This document shows, piece by piece, positions 46,700 through 64,000 of a DNA stretch of 64,000 nucleotides (position 1 is the stretch's first letter; each line of letters starts with the position of its first letter). Position numbers and translations under genes: made by a program. The notes under the pieces were generated by a model. That model was not told where the DNA came from. It did no database searches and worked only from the letters and a program-made list of their open reading frames with translations. The DNA is from Salpingoeca rosetta. Taxonomy: Eukaryota > Protista > Choanoflagellata. Where the stretch lies: NCBI GenBank assembly GCA_033442325.1, contig JAWQFM010000033.1, forward strand, positions 670,909 through 734,908, written 5' to 3'.

Positions 46700-49600
46700 A
46701 TGCCGACCGCACGGCCACCGTCCGATATGGACACCGTGCCACTCGTGAACAAGGACGACGACAACGTGCGTGCCATCGACAACTACCTCGTCCCGGATGA
46801 CCATGTGGTCAAGGTACCCGCGTCCAAGCTCGGCGCCGACGACGACAATTACACCAGCACCACCGCCGCCGTCAGCACCGCCAGCGGTAGCAGGAGCAAG
46901 CGCTTGGGCGTGGTGGGCGTTGCGCTGGGCTTCCTGGGCGTGCTCATCTTTGCCATCATCGTGGCCACGTCCCTCATCGCCCTCATGAACAGCGCCAGCC
47001 TCAAGGACACCGCCGTTCACTCCATGGACATCTACATCATGGATCCCAGTCCCGACGGAAACAGCGACAACAACAGCGGCGGCAGTGGTCATACATCTTC
47101 CTCCTCCTCCTCCTCCTCCTCCTCCGCCTCCTCCTCCTCCTCCTCCTCCTCCTCCTCCTCCTCCTCCTCCTCCTCCTCCTTCTCCTCCTCCTCCTCCTCC
47201 TCATCATCATCATCATCATCAACATCGTCTTCTTCGTCGTCGGAGCCACGAGCGTTTGCATCGGCGCTGCCCTCGACAGTTCCAACACCAGACAACGCAG
47301 ATGTCGTGGTGGCCATGAGCCTCGCACTGCCCACCATTGCCAGCATGCATGCCGTGTACCTCGACGACATGACCTGCACCGTCTTCGCCGATGGCCAGCA
47401 GCTGGCGCGCGCGTCCACGCCGCAGCTGGGCAGGCTTGGCGACCCCCACGTGTCGTTCAACCTCAGCATGCTCGCCACAAACCAGGACCTGCTGGGCCGC
47501 CTGCGCTCTGTGCTGCTCACAGACAACATCGCCCCGATGACCACCCCTGCCCCCAATGCCTCAGCAGCAGGTGATGGTGGCGCTGGCGCAGTGCCCGTGT
47601 TCACGGCAGCCTGCGGCGTCACCACGCGTGTGCGGCTCTTTGGCACCATCTCGACCGGCAGCTTTGTGATCCAGCGCACCTTCAACATCACCGACACGCT
47701 GATCAATGCTGCACAGTCCATCAGTGACCGCGCTGCTGCTACCAACGAGAACATTGACAGCGCCATGGGTGCAGGCCACACCGCCAGCACCGGCACGCAC
47801 GATGAGCAGGAAGCACAGCACCCGCTGCTGCTGTATGTCCGCGGCCTTCTCTCGAACTCGTCATGGACCCCTGTGAAGCTCGGATCGGTGCCTGCAAGCA
47901 TCCTGCGGCAGACCATGCCCGTTGCCAACATCACCGTGCACCTCCCGCCCACCGCGTTTCTCTTCTGGACACAGACGCCGCTCTCGTCAGCATCATCATC
48001 GTCAGCATCATCGTCATCATCGTCGTCAGCGCCCAACATGCCGAGCCACTTGGCGGTGTTTGGCCCCGTTGCGCCCTGTCGCATTGGCGAGGATGTGGTG
48101 GTGGTTGGCTTTCACCGCAACAGCGTGCCCATTGTCCGTGGCGGGCGCCTGAAGACGAGCATGCGCCTCAAGGTGCTGTCCTCCGCCACGGAGCTGGATG
48201 TCGTCGGCAACAACGCGTCGACACAGCTGCTGTCGCGCCTCGATGCACGCGGCTCTGACGGTGGCAGGGGCTTGCTGTCCCTGCTTGGCTTCCACCTCGC
48301 CTCCTCCCTCATCAAGGCGCAGTCGACATCGTACTTCCGCTCCGCCAACACCCACGACAACCTCCTCACCTTCCTCCTGGGCCACTTCCAGCTCGCACAC
48401 ATGAGCACCACCACACGCAGCAGCACCACCACCACCACCACGATTACGCCTTCGTCGCCCAACGCACCCCCACCACCGCCACCATCATCTTCATCATCAA
48501 ACAGTGACGACAGCAGCAGCAGCAGCAGTGGTCGGCGCCGACGCCTTGTGCTGGACGAGGACAAGTGGGCCTACACAGCGCTGTATGTGGAGGTGCGCGT
48601 GTACGATACACTCGACGGGCAGGCGCAGGGCGGCCTGTCCGCCAACGTCACGCTGGCACAGGGCACCGGTGGTGTTGTTGAGCACGACATGCACGCCACC
48701 CTCGGCGCCGCGCTGTCGTTCCACGGGAAGCTGCAGGCGAGCGTGGCCGGCGCTGTCGACTTCAACGACAACGACAAGACGATGAGCATTGCAGGGGAGG
48801 TGGAGACGCCCCAGTACCCGGCGGCGTGGGTCGCGGTGGACACGTGGTGGACGTGGTGGGAGGACGGCGACGCGCTGCACATCAACACCACACACACGAC
48901 CACGTTTATGGAGAATGGCGACGAGGCGAGCGGGCTGCTGCGCATCCAGGCTGACAAGGCAAGCAACGAGCTCTTTGTGCACCACACGATGACGAGTGAC
49001 CGCGGGTTTGACACGACGATGCAGGTGCTGCGCGCCAACGCATCTACCCGCGACACGCGCGACTACCACATCCTGGAGGTGACGGTGAGCGAGGCCGCGG
49101 TGGCGGTGGACGAGGAGAGCAAGCTTGCGCTGGACGAGTGGCGTGGCATGTTGCTGCAGGTGGCACGCGCCAACAGCAGCAGCGGCGCGCACGCCATCCT
49201 CATGACCATCGACGCCGACCTGTCTGGCGTGGCGCTGGGCGGACCAACCACGTTCACCGCGCAGCTGTGGTCGGACGACGGCAGCACCATCGTCATGGAC
49301 GCGGAGCTGAGCGGCGGCACCAACGCCCTCCTCACGTGGCACTCCAACGTCACCACCAGCGACACGCCCCAGTATGACGTCATCGACTTTGACGTGACGC
49401 AGCTCGGCCTGTACGCGGACGGCGACCCCATCGTGGCCGTGGACACGTGGCACCGTTTCCGTGTGATGACGGTCAAGGGCGGCGTGTTTGACGTGGGCAC
49501 GCGCGAGCTGGTGGTGTCTGTGCTGGTTGACTTTGAGGGCAGCGCACTGCCGCAGGACGCCGCCACGCTCGTCGCTGATGTCAGCGGCAACGGTGAAGTG

Positions 49601-52578
49601 ATTGACATTGACGTTGCTGCCGTGGGCGACAACACGCTCAACATGACGTGGCACTCCAACGCCACGGCGGCGGAGGACGCAGACTACGACATTTTCCTCT
49701 TTGAGCTCCCGCGTGCCGGCTTCTACTGGAACGACGATGCCGTGTTTGCGGTCGACACCTGGCACCAGTTTGTCATCAAGAGCCTCAAGTCGGGTGGTGG
49801 TGGTGCTGGTGACGACCTGAACGACTTTGAGGCGTGGGTGCTGTTTGACATGGAGGTTGGCGATGAGGTCGCTGCGATCAGCTTTGGTGCGTGGTACAAC
49901 GACGGCGTGGTGTCGCTCAACACGTCGTGGGCAGGCACGGACGCGCTGCTGTTTGCACTGCACGTCAACGCCACCAGCACAGAAGATGCAGACTACGACA
50001 TCTTCCTCCTGGACATGCCGCGTGCCGGCTTCTACTGGAACGACGACGCCGTGTTTGCCGTCGACACCTGGCATCAGTTTGTCATCAAGTCTGTCAAAGT
50101 TGACACGGACGACCTCAACGACTTTGAGGCGTGGGTGCTGTTTGACATGGAGATTGGCGATGAGGTTGGCACAATCACCTTCGAGGAATGGTACAACAAC
50201 GACGTCCTCTCTTTCAACCTCTCATGGGCCGGTGTGGACACACTGCTGTTGACCGTGCACGCCAACGCCACCAGCACAGAAGATGCAGACTACGACATCT
50301 TCCTCCTGGACATGCCGCGTGCCGGCTTCTACTGGAACGATGATGCCTTCTTTGCGGTGACAGACTGGAGCGAGGGCACGATCAAGACCCTCAAAGCCGG
50401 CAGCAGTGCTGCGCTGAACGACTTTGAGGCGTGGGTGCTGTTTGACATGGAGGTTGGCGATGAGGTTGGCACTTTTGCGTTTGAGGAATGGTACAACGGC
50501 GGTGTTCTGTCGTTCAACTCATCGTGGACTGGCACGGACACAGTGCTGTGCACCGTGCACGCCAACGCCACCAGCACGGAGAACGCAGACTACGACATCT
50601 ATCTCCTCGACATGCCACGTGCCGGCGTCTACCGCAACGGCGATGCCGTGTTTGCTGTCAAGGACTGGGACCACTTTGAGGTGTGGTCGGTGAAGAGCGG
50701 AGGCACACCCTCGCCCAACGACGTGGTTGCGTCGTTCCTGGTCACGCTGGAGGGCGACCTGGTGCCCAAGGGCGAGATGAGCGAGGATTTCCACATGGCA
50801 TCGCGCGACAACAGCTTCAACATGACGTCCACTGTTGGGTTCCCCGCATCCTCGCTCACCCTCGTTGTGATGCGACAGGAGGTGGACAGCCACAACTACG
50901 TAACCTTTGATGTCACCCGTCACCTGCACGGGATTGCTGTGCCGGAGGCGTTGGAGGACTGGCACGCGGACCTGGCCCTGGACCTGTACGATGATGGCCT
51001 GGGCAACTGCCACTTTGCCAACGTGACCGATTTTGTGTTCATGCATGACCTCACGCGCGTATTTGTTGTGCACCCGCACTCGCTGCTGCACCTCTGCGAT
51101 GACACGCGCACGCTCGGGATTGACCTGCTGTTTGCCGTGACCACGCTCGGTGGCGCCGGCGGTGACGTCGGTGCTGTGGCCATGGTGCTGGACGCAGACT
51201 TTGATGACGCAGACAGCAGTGGTGGTGGTGGTGGCGATGACTTGCGTGCAAGCATCTCGCTTGGCCACTCGATGGTGCGACGCCCGGAGGAGGGGCCCGT
51301 GCAGGCGTGCGGTGTCCTGACGGGCGATGGGGATGGCGTGGACGCAACGGTGGAGGTGTGCGAGTATGTGACAGACTCGTCCGAGGCTGAGGTCGCGGAC
51401 GGCAGCGCGCGTCTGTTCTTCCAGGAGACCATGGGCATCGAGAGCACAGGCATGAACATGACGTGGTCGCTCTCGGGCCTCCTGTTTGCCACCTCGGCTG
51501 GCTCAACCCTGCCAACCGTGCCCACCATCTCCACGACATCGTCATCATCATCGTCATCATCATCGTCATCGTCACCACCAGCATCGTCCTCGTCGTCAAT
51601 GTCAACCAGCTCCTCTTCCACTTCGACGGCTCCGATTGCGACGAGCAACGAGACAACGACACCGCCAATCTTCACTAGCAGCAGCAGCAGCGGGCCGACG
51701 ACCACAACCACCACCACCACCACCACAACTACAACCACAACTACAACAACGGAGGCCGAGACGACTGTCGCAACGACGACCACCGCCACGACCACAACGA
51801 CGCCCAAGAAGAAGCTGCGTGCGGTGAAGCTCAAGTTTGTGTTCCTGAAGGATTTCAGCGAGTGGACGACGGAGGCCGAGAACGGCACGGACAGCGACGA
51901 GTACAAGGCGCGCTACGATCTCTGGCAGAATCTCCTCAACGAGGGGTGAGCTGAAAGGGGGGAGGAGGGGTTGTGTGTGCATGCGTGTGTGGGTGTGCTT
52001 GTGCGTGTGCGTGTGCGTGTGTGTATGTGAGGGGGAGTGCGTGTGCGTGTGTGGGTAGGGGTGTGCGTGTGCGTGTGCGTGCAACTTTTGTTCCGTTTGG
52101 GGCACACTTTGACACTGTGTGTGTGTGCTTGCTTGATTGATTGTGTGTTTTCAGGCTGCTCGACCTGCTGTTGTCGCAAGTGATCAGCGAGGGCGCGCAG
52201 GAAGGCAGTGTCGTGTGGAATGCGCGCGTTGAGGATCGTGAGAAGGAGGACGTGGACGTCATCAAGACATCCGTCATGAAGCAAGGCGTCACATTCGCCT
52301 CTCTCGGCCAAGGAACCGTCCAAGGCGGTGAGTGTGCTGTGTGTGTGCACGTGTGTGCGTGCGTGTGTGTGTGTGTGTGTGCGCGCGATACGTGCACCGA
52401 GGCAAACTTGCTCACAGGCCGACGTTCTGTTCGTGTGTTTGTTTCGGCAACAGACGTTGTGGATGACGACGGCAGCGACGACACTGGTACGTTGTGATGC
52501 GGCCTGCGCAGGCGTGTTTGGGCTCGCCTTATTTTGCGGCACGTGTCACGCAGTGCATCATCACGCGCCACTTACACA

Positions 52579-52619
<41 letters not shown>

Positions 52620-53009
52620 ACACTCACACACACACACACACACATACAACTACTCACGCACACAACTACTCACGCACACGCACACACACACACACACACA
52701 TCCGCAGGTGTGATTGTTGGAGCGGTGCTCGGCACGATTGCCGGCGTTGCGCTGATTGCGCTCATCTTTGTTCTCTACAACCGACGTGGGCAGCGCGAAG
52801 AGGAGGAGGCCGCCGAGAAGAAGCACGAAGAGGAGCTGAAGCAGCAGCACCATCACGAGCAGCAACACCACCACCGCCCGCACGAGCGCCGACACAACGT
52901 GTACGAGGCGCCCGCTGCTGTTACGGGCGACAAGACAGACAAGAGCAGGCAGCGGCCAGGGGAATACCACCTCGAACACCACCACCGGGCAGTGGAGGTG
53001 GAGGTGTGA
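46700..53009 (+). CDS. Large (about 1900 aa) double membrane-anchored glycoprotein with ~100-aa tandem repeats, Ser/Thr stalk and SEA-like domain; 4 exons
   Basis: Exons 46700-51945, 52155-52327, 52454-52486, 52708-53009 join in frame. TM1 LGVVGVALGFLGVLIFAIIVATSLIAL; TM2 VIVGAVLGTIAGVALIALIFVLY; many NxS/T sequons; EGSVV motif. Confidence 0.85.
49031..50860 (+). repeat. Six coding tandem repeats of about 100 aa (297-312 bp period)
   Basis: Units start near 49031, 49340, 49652, 49961, 50258 and 50558, with consensus HxNATSTEDADYDIFLLDMPRAGFYWNDDAVFAVDTW...LNDFEAWVLFDME. The inner copies are near-identical in DNA blocks. Confidence 0.9.
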
Positions 53010-53014
53010 TGATG

Positions 53015-53049
<35 letters not shown>

Positions 53050-53229
53050 GGGCTTGTTTCGGTTGTGGCTTTCATGTTGTTGGCTTGACACGTTCATTTT
53101 TGGGAGTGGGGAGCACGTAGCTGAGACAAGCCGACCCGTGTCAACAACCTTCATAAACGACAAGAGCTGTAACAATGGGATTGACATTGTTGGCGGTGTA
53201 GTGCGTGACAGTTGGCCAGATCACTGCAT

Positions 53230-60105
<6,876 letters not shown>

Positions 60106-60533
60106 TTGGCGTGTGCGTGTGCATCAGATCAGAGAAGCCAGGGTAAAGGGGGAAAATGCACGCCGAGGTTTGTGGTTGATGAGGCAAACAGCGCTTGTGC
60201 CACTGTCAGTTGGTAGACCAGTCAACGCAAGCAGACCTCGAAGAACGGCTGCAGCTGCAGCGGTGAGGAGAGGGGATGATGATGCGACCATGACGGCGGT
60301 TGCCGTCACCGTGTGGTGGCTGTTGATCTCGTTGCTTGTTGTTGTTGTCCTTGTTCGTTTGCTTGTGGTTGCGCGCGGAAAATTGGTTAAAACCTTCAAC
60401 GACTTTTCTACAATCACAACAAACAAGCGAAGGAGAAAGCGCTCCGCACTCGCTGTCCTACATCCAGCAAAGCAGCAAGAAGCCATCCCTCCATCCATCC
60501 GCTCCCCTGTTTCACTTGTTGTCAGTCCTCGCG

Positions 60534-62941
60534 ATGCCGGCAGAGTGGGCACTGGTTGCTGAACACCTGCTGTTGCTGGCAGATTGGAGAGATCGCCTGC
60601 ATGCATCGTCCTCATCCGGTTCCAGTGCATTTGCTGCGACGAGCGCTGACGAAGAGGATGTTGCCGTTGCTGCGGTTGTGCAGGGTGATGTTCATGACCA
60701 ACGCGCGCTTGTGTGCACACGTTGATCGCGTTGATGCTCACGTGCCGTGAGTTGTATCACGACCTGCCATGGGCCATGCCCAGGTGGTGTCTTGCTGCTT
60801 TGCTCAATCGCCCACGCCAATCCGTGTGGGAGAGCAAAACCTTTGTGGACAGCTTCCAGCGCCGCCTGCTATCTTCCCTTCAAGGAACAAGAGCGGCACA
60901 CAAGGCGCGAGCTGGGCAGCGCCGTCTTCCTGCCGCTGCCGACACACGCATGGACGACGATTGGGCTGTTTGGCTTGAGAACCGCTTTCTCGCTTACAGC
61001 TGGCTCGGTGTTACGTGGGACGCGACCTGCCCGTTCCTTCGCGCACAGGTGCGATCCGTTGCAGCGGCTCCCAACAGCAACAACCTCTGGCGCAAGTTCC
61101 AGCACTGCGGTCGCATCTTCTTCTGCGGCTTGGACAAGCTGGAGGCGTGGGCTGCAGACACACAGCAGGCTTCGCATGCCACAACCCAGAAACCTCGCGA
61201 GGAACGTGGCGCAGCACACAGAGCTCACAGAGAAAGTGGGGACAAGAGAGACGCCCTCATGATGCAGACTCAAGAACCGTGCGCGCAGCAGCAGACACAC
61301 GTACTCGAGACAGCAAGCCACGAGAACCAACACAAAGACCTTGGCACTGCGCACAGTATGTCCACGCCCACGCGCGCACCCACACTCACACCGGCAGTCT
61401 TCTCATTGTACGCATCCCTGAACAGCCAAGCAGATGCTGAGCGTTTCCAAGGCCTACGCACGACCGTGTTTGCGAATGCGCGCGCAGAACACGTCTTCAT
61501 TCAGGCACAGGCACCCCTGGCCTCCCTGACGGTGAGCAACGCAGACAACGTTCACATCAACGCGTGCTCGGCGGTGATTGACAACTTGGTGATCCGCGAC
61601 GTGACACGCGTCGTCTGGCTGCCAGCAACAACACAACGCAGCACCGCATGCCACCTCAGCAACGTCCAGCATATTGACCTGCGCACCAAGAGCACGCTCA
61701 CAGAAGATCTGGGCGCATTTGCCGGAATCCCGAGCGTTGGCCTTGCAACTGCAAACGATGACACCGGTGTGGACCTTGCGCCGCTCCATGGCGTGAAGCA
61801 GCTGGAGTTGCCCACCGAAGGCACGGAAGCAGTACGGGGACACTCGGTGTTTCAAGCAGCAGAAACGCTCGTGCTGTCGCACACGAGCCTCACCCCGACA
61901 GACACGCTGCCGGTGGCGACCGTTGTCAAACTGTCCCACATGAGTGCTGTGCCGGAGCTGCTGCATCTGCCCAACGCCATCGACATTGCCCTGGGGTATG
62001 GGTCCAAGGTGCGGCAGTTCACATGTGCGCCACGCGTCGAGAGACTCGTGATTCGTGACGCCACGGGCACGCCGCCGTGCATTCCAAAGTTTGAGCACGC
62101 CCAGGTCGTGTGCCTTGCGCTGCCGCATCTTCACCTGAAGAGCGAGCAGCTGGTTGACCTCAGCAACCGCGTTGACAAGTTGGTACTTCGACGGTTGCTG
62201 CGCGTTCCGTATGATGCAGACTCGCCGCATACAAGCACAAGCGTCGTGCGTGGCATCCCCAACCATGCGCACGTGTGCCTGGACTGTTTCGAGATTGACG
62301 GACCGGTCCCGCCATGCGTCAAAGAGCTCCAAGCGCTGCTGGAAGGCAGCGCTTTGCAAGGCAGCTTCGTCAGCCACGTCCCGCGCCTGAGTCTCAACGA
62401 CAAACGCGGGCACACTCGCATCAACGACGTGCACTTGCTCTCTGGACGCAAGGTGCTGCAGTTGATGCAGGTCTTGCTTGAAGGGCAGCTCGCGTCTTGC
62501 GAGCAGCTGAGTCTGTGCGGGTGCCGGGGGCGCCTGGGCTTGACATCCATTGGGTCCCTCGACCTGAATGGCGCAGTAGTGACTACTGAGGATGGCAACG
62601 GCGACGGAGACACCAACATCGATTCTGGCGATGGCAGTGACGACAGTGACAACAGGGCACTTGCGGAGACGAAGCTTGTCATCACGCGCGTGCACCATGT
62701 GACCCTCTGCCGTCTCGAGGAGTGCGACATCCACGACTTTGGGTGCTTTCAGGACGTGCAGCACCTCACGCTGAAGGAATGCACTTTCAAGGACCTGGCC
62801 AGCTTTCCGCCCGTGCATGTTCTCTTTTTGCGCAACTGTGAAACCATGGACGAGGACGGGTGGTGCCCAGATGCGGTCTTCGTGGACCGCTCGCCGAACG
62901 AGATGGAGCAACTCTTGCTTGCCGAGCGAAGAAGGTGGTGA
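60534..62941 (+). CDS. Intronless F-box-like / divergent LRR protein, copy 2; apparent frameshift near 60717 (pseudogene, truncated allele or assembly error)
   Basis: Main ORF 60713-62941 shares LMLTCRELYHDLPWAMP, RFLxxSWLGxTW...CPFL, QADA, RVDxLxL and WxPDAVFVxR with copy 1. The homologous N-terminus MPAEWALVAEHLL lies in another frame, from ATG 60534. Confidence 0.72.
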
Positions 62942-62946
62942 ACGGT

Positions 62947-63006
<60 letters not shown>

Positions 63007-64000
63007 CCTTCAGTCAGAACGTACGAAACACGGCAGCCCAGAACAGACACCACTGTGCTCGAAAACGCCATCACAGCCACAAACGTGCACGACCTCACCA
63101 CATTCACGTGCAGGGACATCAACGCGGCCCTCTTGTAGGCCTCCGTGGCTTGTTGCTGTTGTTCTTCTCCTTGTTGGTGACCTGCTTCCTTTCTTCCCGC
63201 TTGTCCGCGTTCGCCCGTGTCGGTGCGCGGGGTCCGGGGGGGGGGCTTGCCCCTGCCCTTCTCCTCCTCCTCCTGCTCCACCAGCACCTTCTTCTTCTCC
63301 ACCTCCTTCTCCTCCTCCTCCTCCTTCTTTGTCTTCTCCCCCATTCCAGCATTCCCTATTCCTCCCCCCCCCTATGCCCTGCTCTTCCCGTCTGTTGCAT
63401 CTGCTGGCGCCCTCTCCTTCTGCTTCTTCCTCCTTGGCCTGTTACCCCCTCCCCTCTTGGTTCTCCCTGCCGCGCCTTCAGCAGAGCCATGGGCGCCAGG
63501 TCAATAAACGGGAACGTCCTGAGAAACGCCTCCCATGTGCACGGCTGTACTGGCCATCTTGCACACCCACCACAGAGCTGGTTGCACGGTGACGCATGGA
63601 CCATGTATGCGCACACCGTCGATGCCCTGCCAACGTGTGGCAGGTACTATGCCATGCGCTCGAGCTGTGCCCAGCAGTCTACTGTTTTGGTTGTTGTTTT
63701 GCTTGTTGTGAGTTGGTGTTTGGTGGCCATTTTCCTCGAACCACCTCAACCACAACAAGCAAGAAGCAACCAAGAAGCATAAGCGAAACAAGCCAAGACT
63801 GGTTGACCACATACCACGCACATCCACCGGCGTTTGTGGTCCTTTGATCATCAGGACAGCGCTGCCTCTCCCTTGCCCCCTCAAGTCCTCAGCTTTCCTC
63901 TCAGTCCACACCACCCTTGTGTGTGACCACAGGACCACGGTGTGCGTGAGCGTACTCGCCGCCTCAGGCTGACGGTTTCTTTGCTTCTTCTGCCAACTGC

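Noticed and set aside
48497-50074. 525-aa antisense ORF (and 61454-62911, 38275-39078)
   Set aside because: Shadow ORFs opposite GC3-rich coding exons; no independent motifs.
62946-64000. Possible 3' exons of a minus-strand gene entering from the right edge
   Set aside because: Glu/Lys-rich low-complexity frames and some splice-like sites, but no consistent model or recognisable domain.

Overview
Intron-rich eukaryotic genomic DNA with GT-AG introns filled with (CA)n/(TG)n microsatellites and four N-gaps. The style and gene content suggest a choanoflagellate such as Salpingoeca rosetta (inference, not a database match). Almost all entries in the supplied ORF track are microsatellite artefacts, so genes were rebuilt by hand from splice sites. 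The left half holds conserved genes: ATAD2/Yta7 AAA-bromodomain (partial), an OEP61/TPR7-like tail-anchored TPR chaperone receptor, CCDC25, a sterol desaturase-family enzyme, AP-1 gamma adaptin, NUP35 and an STMND1-like stathmin. The right half holds lineage-specific genes: a secreted Sushi-EGF-coiled-coil fibre protein, a 92-aa Cys-rich protein, and a symmetric block. In that block two intronless F-box-like/LRR paralogs each sit head-to-head with a large surface protein. One surface protein is doubly membrane-anchored, with a polybasic site, ~100-aa repeats, a mucin stalk and a SEA domain. The other is a kinase-less receptor whose cytoplasmic tail is built from seven consecutive symmetric phase-1 exons carrying exactly one tyrosine each. 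No tRNA, rRNA, CRISPR array or transposase was recognised.
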